Shown: piece after piece, positions 1 through 10,035 of the stretch
How the letters are laid out: each line of letters begins with the position of its first letter
How positions within the stretch are numbered: position 1 is the first letter of the stretch
Assembly (NCBI RefSeq): GCF_006345805.1
Contig: NC_043010.1
Span: 59,644,001-59,708,000 of the forward strand
Length of the DNA stretch: 64,000 bases
DNA from: Octopus sinensis
Lineage: Eukaryota
Direction of reading: 5' to 3'
Notes under the pieces: generated by a model
The model's input: the letters and a program-made list of their open reading frames with translations, nothing else
Told to the model about the DNA's origin: nothing
The model's database searches: none
Made by a program: the position numbers and the translations under genes

Positions 1-826
1 TTCCTGAAATTCACCAACACTACTCTTGATCTACCTCTGCACCATTTCTTTTACTGTTAGCTTTTGTTTGTTTTATGTTTTATTCTGTCTATGGTGTGGA
101 TACTTTTAGCTTTCAGAACCGTTTTCTTTCTTGACTTATTGCTGCTTTTTGTTCCCTATTTTACCCTTTTCCAATGAGTCACAGTGGACCTGAGCGCTGT
201 GTACAATATGCCTCTTACTATCATCAATGTTTAACATGGATTGCAATGTCACAATATCTCCTGGTTCTACTTTTAACCTAAAGTATATGATTTACAACAG
301 AATTTCTTTCGTTTAGTGTGATGTTATACTTAATCCGTAAAAAGTATTGTTGATGTTATTTTTCACAACGTCTCTATAAGATAGATGTGAAGATCATTAT
401 CTGTTGGGTCTTACAACTTTGTATTTGCTCAAGGGAACTAACTCAAAATTTACCATTTCTAATAGGAAATGAAAGTATAGAATTCAGATGATTTAATACT
501 GTGTGACTCCTCCAAAAGCTGTCCAGTTTTTCTGGTTTTGTCTTCCATTATGTTTCTATCTTCAACACTTAGTTTGATTGTCTGTCATCTTTAGGGTTTA
601 TATTTATTCATGCATATCTTAACAATAAATAAACACCAAATATGAATGGTAAAAGATTTTCAGCACTTTTAATTGCTATGCAGTAGTCTTGTGTAAATAT
701 CTTTAATAGAACAAAATATGATTATTTGATTCAATGAAGTAATCATATTCTTCATTGGTAGAGAATAGTTTGACTTGATTCAATCCCTTTTGACTTTGAA
801 GTGGTAGAGAAACTCATAGTTTAGAC

Positions 827-3683
827 CAGGGGTCTCCAAAGTACGGCCCGCGGGCCGGATTCGGCCCGCCAAGGTTTTTAATCCGGCCCGCCGAGCTGTC
901 CTCCAAAATTATAAAACAAATGTCGAAAAACAAGCCTTGCCGAAATCATACAAAAACAAATATACTTTACACCCCTTTTAATACGTTTGACAAATATAGT
1001 ACAGCAAATAGACGCAAGACGACGCTAATTGATTTGCCATCAATTAATGTCTTTAAATTGCGCCGGCGAATTAAAAATTTATACACTAAACTTTAGTGTA
1101 AATATAGGTTCTTTTCCACTCCCCCCGTTTTAACTGACCCATCAGAACCACCATAAAATGAATTAACTTCGCTATGGAGCTACCTATCATTCATCTTAGA
1201 TAATAGGCGATTGTCAGTGAGATGGATGGTGCTGCTTACAATGAAGCAGAGATTCAATTTCTAGCTTTATTGATGTCGCAGAAAAGTCAACCTATTCCGT
1301 CAACTGTCGAGAGAGCAGATACGACAAGTATGACGTTAATAAAAGTCCCGTGCCTAGTATAATAAAAGAAGACAAATATCGATTTATCGATGTTACCTAC
1401 ATCTCACGAGCGATGAATAGAGAGGGTTGAGCCTGACGTTGTGTGGTGGTTTCTAATCCTGGTGCAGTCACCAATCAGCGTGGAGTAAAGTTCGATGCGC
1501 ATTCCGTCAGTCAGCACAGACTTGGCGTTTTCGTTGTGCACAAGTGTGAGTCATTTGTCGTCGTCGCTGCCGAAGTGAATGCACGTATCGAGTGACCTGT
1601 GAATATTGTTTTTACTTGTTTCGTCCTTTTACATATATCGTCGAGCAAAATCTGTCGACCCATAGTAAAAATGTTAGCTCAAGGAAGAAAACGAAAAATC
1701 GACTCTGAGTGTAGAGTTTTTAAGAAACAATGGAACATAGACTATTTTGTCATAGAGTCAAACAACAAGGCACTATGCGTTATATGCACCGACACAATTG
1801 CAGTACTTAAAGAGTACAACATTCGGAGACATTATGAAAAAAAGCATTCATCACAGTACTACCAATTCATTGGACAGCTACGTAAAGAGAAATTTGACAA
1901 ATTAAAGAAGAATTTATCATCAATGCAGTTTGTTTTCAAGAAGAAGGCTGTAGAAAAAGAGAGAGCAACAAGAGCAAGCTTCCATGTTGCTAACCTTTTG
2001 GCGAAGAAAGGTAAGCCATTTACAGATGGTGAACTTATTAAAAAGTGCTTGAATGAGGTAGCTAAGGAAATGTGTCCAGAAAACGTAGATTTATTTTCCG
2101 CAATTAGTCTTTCTGCGAACACTGTTGCTCGTAGGGTTGAACATATTGAAAGAAATATTAAATCACAGCTAAAAGACAAAGCCAGCAAGTTTGTATGCTT
2201 TTCTGTTGCACTTGATGAGTCAATTGATGTATCAGACACATCCCAATTGTTATTGTTCATCAGAGGAATAAATGCCAATTTTGAGATTACTGAGGAACTT
2301 GTATCTGTGCACAGCATGCATGGAACAACAACAGGCATAGATATTTTTAGAGAAGTGGAAAAGTCAGTGGCTGAGTATAATTTGGAATGGAAAAAACTAA
2401 AATGCATAACAACAGATGGTGGCAGAAATATGTGTGGAACCAAAAAGGGCTTAGTTGGGCAAATTAACAAAGTAATTGAGAATTCCGGTGGATTGAAACC
2501 TTTGGTATTGCATTGTATTCTTCATCAGCAAGCACTGTGTGGAAAGCATCTTGATTTATCATCTGTATTAGATCCTGTGATTTCCACTGTTAACTACATA
2601 AGATCTCATGGACTCAAACATTGCCAATTTCGTGATTTCTTGGAGGAAATGAATGCTGAGTTTCCAGACCTACCTTACTATACTTCAGTAAGATGGCTTA
2701 GCTATGGAAAAATTCTGGCTAGATTTTTTGAGCTTCGAACTGAAATTGAAATATTTTTAAATGAGAAAAACCATTCACAGGTGTTGCTCAAAGACAGTGA
2801 ATGGCTCTGGAAATTAGCATTTTCAGCCGATTTAACTATGCATCTCAATGATTTCAACCTACGGATACAAGGTGAAACTTCACTCATCTGTGATTTGTAC
2901 TCAAAGGTGAAAGCTTTTCGTAAGAAATTAATACTATTTGAAAGTCAGTTAACAAGAAGCTGCTTTACTCATTTTTCACGATGTGACAAATATAGACAGG
3001 AAGCTGCCACTCCATTTCCAAACTTGTTTGCTCAAGATGTCATTTTAGCTTTGAAACAACAGTTTGAAGAACGTTTTTCTGATCTTGATGCATGTTCTTC
3101 AAAACTAAGAATTTTTGAAAATCCATTTAACTCTGTTATTGGAGACTTACCTTCTGAGTTACAAATGGAAGTTATTGATTTGCAATCCAATGACATCCTG
3201 AAGGACAAATATAAAGAGGGAAATTTGATTGAATTCTACAAATGCCTTCCATCCGACCAATTTCTTCATTTAAGGAGGTTTGCCTGTGAATTCATTTCAG
3301 TTTTTGGCACCACATATTTGTGTGAGAAGACTTTTTCAAAGATGAAATACACAAAATCCTGCTACAGATCACAATTGTCTGATGAACATTTAAATGCATT
3401 GCTTGTTATTGGAACCACTCATTTTGAACCTCAGTTGGACAAAATTTTGTCAGAAATGAAACAATTTCATGTTTCCCCTATTGATCAAAGTTAAAAAAAA
3501 CATGTTAATTGTTACTGATATTATATACATTGTGATTATGTACTGAATAAATAACCTTTTTTAATTATTAATTCACTATTTATTTATATTATTTTGGTAA
3601 AATAAATAATTTAGAACCTTGGCCCCCGTAGCTTTAAAAATTCAGCAATGTGGCCCTCCGCTGGAAAACTTTGGAGACCCCTG
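827..3683 (+). mobile_element. Full-length hAT DNA transposon (Buster/SPIN/Charlie-like), 2857 bp
   Basis: 16-bp perfect TIRs CAGGGGTCTCCAAAGT (827-842) and ACTTTGGAGACCCCTG (3668-3683). Perfect 8-bp TSD GTTTAGAC at 819-826 and 3684-3691, with the central TA typical of Buster-type hATs. GC-rich GGCCCG subterminal motifs. One long ORF inside. Confidence 0.96.
1671..3494 (+). CDS. hAT transposase, SPIN/Buster (GTF2IRD2/EPM2AIP1-like) family, 607 aa from the ATG at 1671
   Basis: Uninterrupted ORF; the track starts it at a GTG at 1599. N-terminal RKRKIDSECR, BED-like CxxC..HxxxxH (CVIC..HYEKKH), catalytic D (ALDES), D (TTDG), CxxH (HCILH), RW motif (VRWLS), catalytic E (YLCEKTFS) and a C-terminal dimerisation-type region. 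AATAAA at 3546-3551. Confidence 0.93.
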   Translation: MLAQGRKRKIDSECRVFKKQWNIDYFVIESNNKALCVICTDTIAVLKEYNIRRHYEKKHSSQYYQFIGQLRKEKFDKLKKNLSSMQFVFKKKAVEKERATRASFHVANLLAKKGKPFTDGELIKKCLNEVAKEMCPENVDLFSAISLSANTVARRVEHIERNIKSQLKDKASKFVCFSVALDESIDVSDTSQLLLFIRGINANFEITEELVSVHSMHGTTTGIDIFREVEKSVAEYNLEWKKLKCITTDGGRNMCGTKKGLVGQINKVIENSGGLKPLVLHCILHQQALCGKHLDLSSVLDPVISTVNYIRSHGLKHCQFRDFLEEMNAEFPDLPYYTSVRWLSYGKILARFFELRTEIEIFLNEKNHSQVLLKDSEWLWKLAFSADLTMHLNDFNLRIQGETSLICDLYSKVKAFRKKLILFESQLTRSCFTHFSRCDKYRQEAATPFPNLFAQDVILALKQQFEERFSDLDACSSKLRIFENPFNSVIGDLPSELQMEVIDLQSNDILKDKYKEGNLIEFYKCLPSDQFLHLRRFACEFISVFGTTYLCEKTFSKMKYTKSCYRSQLSDEHLNALLVIGTTHFEPQLDKILSEMKQFHVSPIDQS

Positions 3684-4558
3684 GTTTAGACAGTTGGATG
3701 CTTTTAGTGTTTTATAGAGATATATTCTGTAAATTTATTTTGACACGTTTCAACATATTTTACTTTTATGTGTTAGTTCATAATATGTGACACTTTCAGT
3801 GATGATGTTCTACTGGACTTTACCATCATGACTAAATTCTATATCCAGAGCACACCTGTCGCTCCTGGATGACTTTTGTTTCCATAGTAACCTTGATCAT
3901 TGTAGTTGAGAGGGTAGTGTGTCCAAAAATCTCACCACCCACAGCCCACATCATAGGAAACTGGTTACTGCAATAAAGGTACAATATATAATACATGTAG
4001 GCTGCAGTTTGGTGGATCTTAGAGCTTTGGTACCACCACAGATTGAAAGATGTTTTGGTATGAAGTCTAATACTTAAAGATTTGTACAATAGCAATTTTC
4101 TGTACTTGGTGAGATTATTATGTAGTGGATCCAGTGCAAACTTTGAAATGTTCAGTACACGAAATACTCTTATTTCTGTCTCTTACATTTTGCAGTGAAC
4201 TGAACCATTGATTGGTTTGTGAGACCCTTAGTGAATTCATTTATCTAATTAGGTTAATGTTCATGAATGTTGGTAGTATACATGCCTATATGTTTATATG
4301 TAAATATATACATCCATAGATTTTCACCAGAAATACTATTTCTCTTTTCCACCTGTGATTCTCATTTCAGGCCTTAGACTATTATTTCCACCTGTAATTA
4401 GTATATCCTTAACAGATTCATGTAATCAATGTGTATTCATACAATCTGTGATTTCTAACAATAATTATGATTTCTAAGGCATCTACTCACTTTCAAAACA
4501 TTTTTCTATTTCAGATCAACAATTTAACATCAACAATTTAATACCATCAAAAGCAGAA

Positions 4559-7500
4559 ATGTTGTTACACCTGTGTGTTTTGCTGACTTTCTTCCACTGT
4601 TATTTAAGTGAAGATATCACATTCCATGTTAAGGAAGAGAATATTCCTCATACGTATGTAGGGGACATTGCTACTGACTTACAGAAATCAGACAGCTCCT
4701 TCTTAAAGAATAAGGATTTAATTACATTTAGTCAACTGCAACAAAAGGGAGAACAGTTGTTCAATGTGACTAAAACAGGTAAACTGTACACTGTTGAGAC
4801 ATTGGATGCTGAGTCTGTGTGTAGTTATGAGAAAGAATGTTTTGAAATCGTTAAAGTTGCTGTTCACAAATCCAAGACATTTATGAAGATCTTAAAGATT
4901 AAAGTCATAATAGAAGACATCAATGACCACCAACCTGAGTTTCCTGAGAAAGAAATTACTCTACATTTCAGAGAAGGAGATGGTAAAGGTATGAAGAAAA
5001 CCATTCCTAATGCCATTGACAAAGATAAAGGTTATCAAAACAGCTTAATTAATTATGAATTAAAAAATGATAGGGAACATTACTCACTATTAGTCTCCAA
5101 AAGAGCAGATGGAATATCTACGTTGGGAATTATTTTAGAAAAGAAATTAGACAGAGAAACGAAAGACAGTTACGATATTGAAGTCATTGCTAAAGATGGG
5201 GGAACTCCACCAAAACAATCTGTTTTAAATGTGAAAATATCTGTAGAAGACGAAAATGATAATCCACCACAATTTTCCCAAAGTATCTACAATGTCTCTA
5301 TTGAACATAAACATAAAAAGAATATTCCAGTAGTCACATTATCTGCCAGTGATTTAGACATTGGCAGGAATGGTAAAATATCTTTCTATTTCAGTCCGAA
5401 GACTGATATGCAAATGAAACAGTATTTTAATATTGATGAAAACTCTGGGAAAATATTCTTAATAAAATCTTTAGAGGTTGACAGCAAAAATTCTTTAAAA
5501 TTATATATTGAAGCTAAAGATAATGGGATTCCTCCTCTCAGTTCCATAGCAACGGTTATGGTAAATGTCATCAACCAACACAACAATCCTCCAAATATTG
5601 ATGTGAACTTTATTTCTACACAGAATCACAACACAGCCACCATTCTGGAAGACATCAAAGTTGGTAGTTTCATTGCTTATGTGATGGTCACTGACAATGA
5701 TGTTGGACACAATGGAGAGGTGAACTGTCATATCAAAGACGACACATTCAAACTACAGTCAATGGGATCGAAGGAATATAAAATAGTTCTAAAGAAAGCA
5801 GTAGACAGAGAGACACAGGAACATTATCACTTTACTGTGTCGTGTGAAGATAAAGGATTACCTGCTCTGAAAACTGATAAAGATCTGTCAATCCAAGTGT
5901 TGGATGTGAATGATGTAGAACCACACTTTACGAAAGACACATTCAAGTTCCTTACCTATGAGAATGACAAAGCTAATTTCCCTATTGGCTTTATCAATGC
6001 TACAGACCCAGATATTGGTAAGGGAGGTGAATTGTCTTATTCTCTGAGAAATAAACAGCAATATCGTCTGCCATTCCAGATTATCAACTCTGGCTTTATT
6101 TCAACAAACCAGTCTTTAGACAGAGAACACAGAGATTTCTATGAGTTTGAGGTTTTTGTGAAAGACAATGGAAGCCCATCTCTGAATAACACAGTGAATG
6201 TTGAAGTGGAAGTATTGGATAGAAATGATAATGCTCCATATTTTACATTTCCTAGTGTTGACCATTTCACTCTTAATGTCCACTATCATCCGCAAAGTAA
6301 GAACGACATCACAGTTCTGAAAGCATCTGATATAGACAGTCACATGAATGCTTTTCTCAGGTACGAAATCGTTTCAGGTAATGAGAGACAGTTATTCAAA
6401 CTGGACTCTTTCACTGGTGTGTTATCTTACTCTCGCACAGTTTACCAAAATGATGCCGGATCATATGAGCTTGAGTTTGTTGTGAAAGACAGTGGTACTC
6501 CAGTTCTGTCAGCAACAACTAGTGTGTCTTTGACACTGACTGTTAGTAACAAGACGTCACCAATGTTCACAGCTGTGCACCTACCAAGTGATAACACAAT
6601 AGATGCGACATTGTTGATTATCATTGTAGTAGCAGCTGTGATAGTATCTATAGCTATTGTGGTTTCTATAACCCTGTGTATTGTGAGATGTAACAATGTG
6701 AGAAATAGCTCATCTGAAAGAACAGCAGAAGAGAAACAGGCATACCAATGTCGCAATGAGATGAGACAGTTGATCTATCAAGGTAACAACAGTGTACCTG
6801 TGATGTCAGGTAATCGAGGAGAATTGTCAGACAGATATGGTCATTCGAGGAGCCATTACTATCCTGAAGACTGGAAGACATCGACAATGAACCGGACACT
6901 TCAGAAGTCTACAAAGGTAAGTTTTATTTCAATAAACATTCTCTTAGTAAATAATGTGTGTTTAAGAATAATTTAGCTTCAGTGTTTTATCCAGTGTTTT
7001 GTATTTGAAATTACGGTTCACTTGACCAATTTTACATTATTGTTTTGCTTCATCATGTCCAAAATATATCTTATGTATGGTTAAGAAAATGTGATATGGT
7101 GTTGAATACTTATTTATTTATTTTTATTACTGTGATTACTGCTGTCCATTTCTTGTAAGATATTTTATGTCAAATTTACAGTCTGGCATTTTTAATGTTT
7201 GTATATAGGGTTGCACCTGATTTTGTGGAAACTTCCTAGCTACAATTCAGATATCTTAGTAAGCTGTGCTTCTGGAGATTAAGGTTCCAAATGCAACATT
7301 ACTGTACACACACTGACTGTCTAAACTTGCACTTTCCATTCAGAAAGAAGTCTCTAAGAGAGTCTGTCGAATCAATTATAAAAATATTGTTAATAATTGT
7401 CTGTGACTTTAGCTAAGTTGTACTGTATATAATTCTTGTAGGAAATGAGAATGGCAGTACTGAAAGATTAAAAAATCTTTACAGATTTAAAAAATTTGAC

Positions 7501-9500
7501 TGATTAAATATATATAAAATATTGTCTGTCCTCGGTAGTATAGTGGTAAGTATCCCCGCCTGTCACGCGGGAGACCGGGGTTCGATTCCCCGCCGGGGAG
7601 GCCATTACTTTTTGTAGTGAAGGCGCATGGCTCAGTGGTTAGAGCGTCGAGCTTACGATCGTGAGGTTGTGAGCTCGAATCCCGGACCGGGCTGCGTGTT
7701 GTGTTCTTGAGCAAAACACTTTATTTCACGTTGCTCCAGTTCACTCAGCTGTAGAAATGAGTTGCGACGTCACTGGTGTCAAGCTGTATCGACCTTTGTC
7801 TTTCCCTTGGATAACACTGGTGGCGTGGAGAGGGGAGGCTGGTATGCATGGGCGACTGCTGGTCTTCCATAAACAACCTTGCCCGGACTTGTGTCTAGGA
7901 GGGTAACTTTCTAGGTGCAATCCCATGGTCATTCATGACCGAAGGGGGTCTTTACCCTTTATTGTCAGTATTACCTGATCATAAATATAGAAAAAAAATT
8001 TTAATACCACCAAAAACCAGTAAATTTTGTGTCGGTGGCACATAAAAAACACCATCCGAGCGTGGCCGTCTGCCAGCCTCGTCTGGCACCTGTGTCGGTG
8101 GCACATAAAATCACCCACTACACTCTCGGAGTGGTTGGCGTTAGGAAGGGCATCCAGCTGTAGAAACACTGCCAGATCTGACTGGCCTGGTGCAGCCTTC
8201 GGGCTTGCCAGACCCCAGTTGAACCGTCCAACCCATGCTAGCATGGAAAGCGGACGTTAAACGGTGATGATGATTTTAGTGTCAATCATGAATGTTATGT
8301 TTATAGTATGTGTTGTTACTATTATATTTTACAGCAGAAATACAGTCAACCCATTGAGGTGACATCTTACGGAGACAACAGACCATCCTCTAACTATCCC
8401 ACTGACACATTGACCAGTCGTAAGAGCAGTGGACAGTGCTGGAGTGAGCGGTCAAGCCGACAGTATGAAGAAATACCAGCAATGTCAGGTAAAACAATTT
8501 CATTCATTCATGTTTTGTTATTAATTTCATTAACATAATTTAATTTTCACTCTGTCTAATTTCAGCAACTCAGAAATAATCTCTCAAGGCTTCTTTCAGT
8601 ATTTCTCTATTCATTACTGTTATGATAGCTGTTATTTTATTGTCAGTATAAAAGAAATTTATTTTTACTTAGAGAGGTAGACAGTCTATTTATCAAAGAC
8701 GAACGCATAGAATAAATCAGCAATAATTTCTTGTGGTGTTGAGCAAAGATCGAATAAAGGGGTCTATGTGTACTCGTTTGACCTATTAGAAATATCAGCC
8801 ACATCACCCTCAATCACACTCCACCGTCTTGAATATGGGAAGGATTTGTTAGATACCTTCTTTGATAGATTGTACATGAAAAAAAATAAAAGGATTAGAC
8901 AGTCATGACTGGAATGTGTTTGATCATGTCTGCACACTTGCGGTTGATCTGGAGCTAACTTACATATTACCAAATAATGTTTTTTATAGAAGAAATACTC
9001 CTTGTATATTTAAATAATTTTCAAATGATAACTGTCTAATTTCCTACTTAGAACATTATCACATACCCTACTATTGCTGTGTTAGAGATGCACCAAAGAA
9101 TCCATTGAAATACAATGTTTAGAATCTACACTTAAACTATATTGGATTCTGCTGAATTTTCGCAACATAAAATATCATTGACTGAACTGACTTAATCCAA
9201 CATATAACCATTGCATATTTTTGAATACGATTCTTAAAGATTTTAGGGATGGTTAATTATTGAAAGTTTATATGTTAGACCTGTGAAGTTAGCAGGCAAG
9301 GCATTGATTACTAATATCAGTAAATAACTACTGGCTATGTGAATTATGTAATAAGTATATTTGATATGTGTGTTTCAGGAATCTATGGTGGTGCCCCACC
9401 CGATGTATCAAGCACTAGTGAGAGAGACCATTACCAAGACAGATATGTGAAACCTCCAGAGAGACAGTTACCTTCAACACCAGATGTTGTTGTCAGTTAA
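4559..9500 (+). CDS. Pcdh: Protocadherin G1: join(4559..6916, 8335..8488, 9379..9500), ~877 aa
   Basis: Signal peptide, six cadherin repeats (DxNDxxP, LDRE, AxDxG motifs), EC1 Cys-X5-Cys and TM LLIIIVVAAVIVSIAIVVSITLCIV. Acceptor TTTCAG before 4515; donor AAG|GTAAGT at 6916 (phase 0). Exon 3 TACAG|CAG..TCAG|GT (phase 1). Exon 4 TTTCAG|GA..TAA. The frame is continuous across both junctions. Confidence 0.92.
7529..7600 (+). tRNA. tRNA-Asp-GTC: tRNA-Asp (anticodon GTC) in intron 2 of G1
   Basis: 72 nt. Acceptor stem TCCTCGG/CCGGGGA with discriminator G, anticodon stem CCCGC/GCGGG with loop CT-GTC-AC, T-loop GGTTCGATTCC. T5 Pol III terminator at 7609-7613. Confidence 0.95.
7619..7959 (+). mobile_element. 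tRNA-derived SINE directly behind the tRNA-Asp
   Basis: A-box-like TGGCTCAGTGG and B-box-like GCTCGAATCC, followed by the central segment GTGTTCTTGAGCAAAACACTTT..CCAGTTCACTCAGCTG that also occurs in the SINE at ~57982. Confidence 0.75.
8027..8274 (+). mobile_element. SINE-like repeat with (GAT)n tail
   Basis: Ends CCAACCCATGCTAGCATGGAAAGCGGACGTTAAA..GATGATGAT; the same family occurs inverted at five or more other sites in the window. Confidence 0.7.
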
Positions 9501-10035
9501 GTGAGACTGAGAAAGGAACACAACAGAAATAATATCACCTTCAACATTCACACAACATTTAAAAACATCAGAAATATTTTAGTTTGGTTATGATATTGCC
9601 CACATATGACTGAATATCTTCAAATATGTCACAATATATTATATATAACTCTCTCTCTCTCTCTTTCTCCCTCTCTCTCTTTATATATATATATATATAT
9701 ATATCTTGGGGATATTTCCTCAGATGAAGAAAATCGAAATCTTTAGACATAAATGATTTCAATAAAATTGTGATAAAGAAATTAGGTAAAATTTGTCAAG
9801 TCGTACATTTATGGAGTTTAAAGTTATACATTGCCCTTGGAAAATACAATATAATATTTAGAATGTTTACTAATTTATATGAATATTTAATTTTTTATAG
9901 AAATTACACAGAAAATATTAATATTTCAGAATATATATTTCACATGGCTAAGAAATAAACATTTCCAAGTATATGCTCATATAAAAGATTTAGTTTAGAA
10001 TTAGGTCAGACACACACACACTAACTGTTATTGTC

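Noticed and set aside
431-444. AAGGGARNTAAYTC motif about once per first intron (431, 11877, 22611, 32144, 42841, 52350, 63786)
   Set aside because: A similar motif also occurs in G6 intron 3 (59480-59493) and the flanks look like a dispersed AT-rich repeat. A regulatory role cannot be supported without genome-wide counts.
1859-2470. 203-aa antisense ORF in the transposase
   Set aside because: Codon-bias shadow with no recognisable motif.
4943-5578. A-to-I RNA editing as the source of EC2/EC3 variation
   Set aside because: This is genomic DNA and the differences include all substitution types. Editing cannot be assessed without RNA data.
5386-6899. Recurrent minus-strand ORFs (75-104 aa) antisense to each Pcdh exon
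   Set aside because: They are shadows of the homogenised coding strand; they recur only because the sense DNA is identical, and they have no domain features.
6917-6976. C-terminal 9-19 aa extensions of the large ORFs in the track
   Set aside because: They lie past strong AAG|GTAAG donors and are not conserved between paralogues, so they are intron read-through. A minor intron-retained isoform cannot be excluded.
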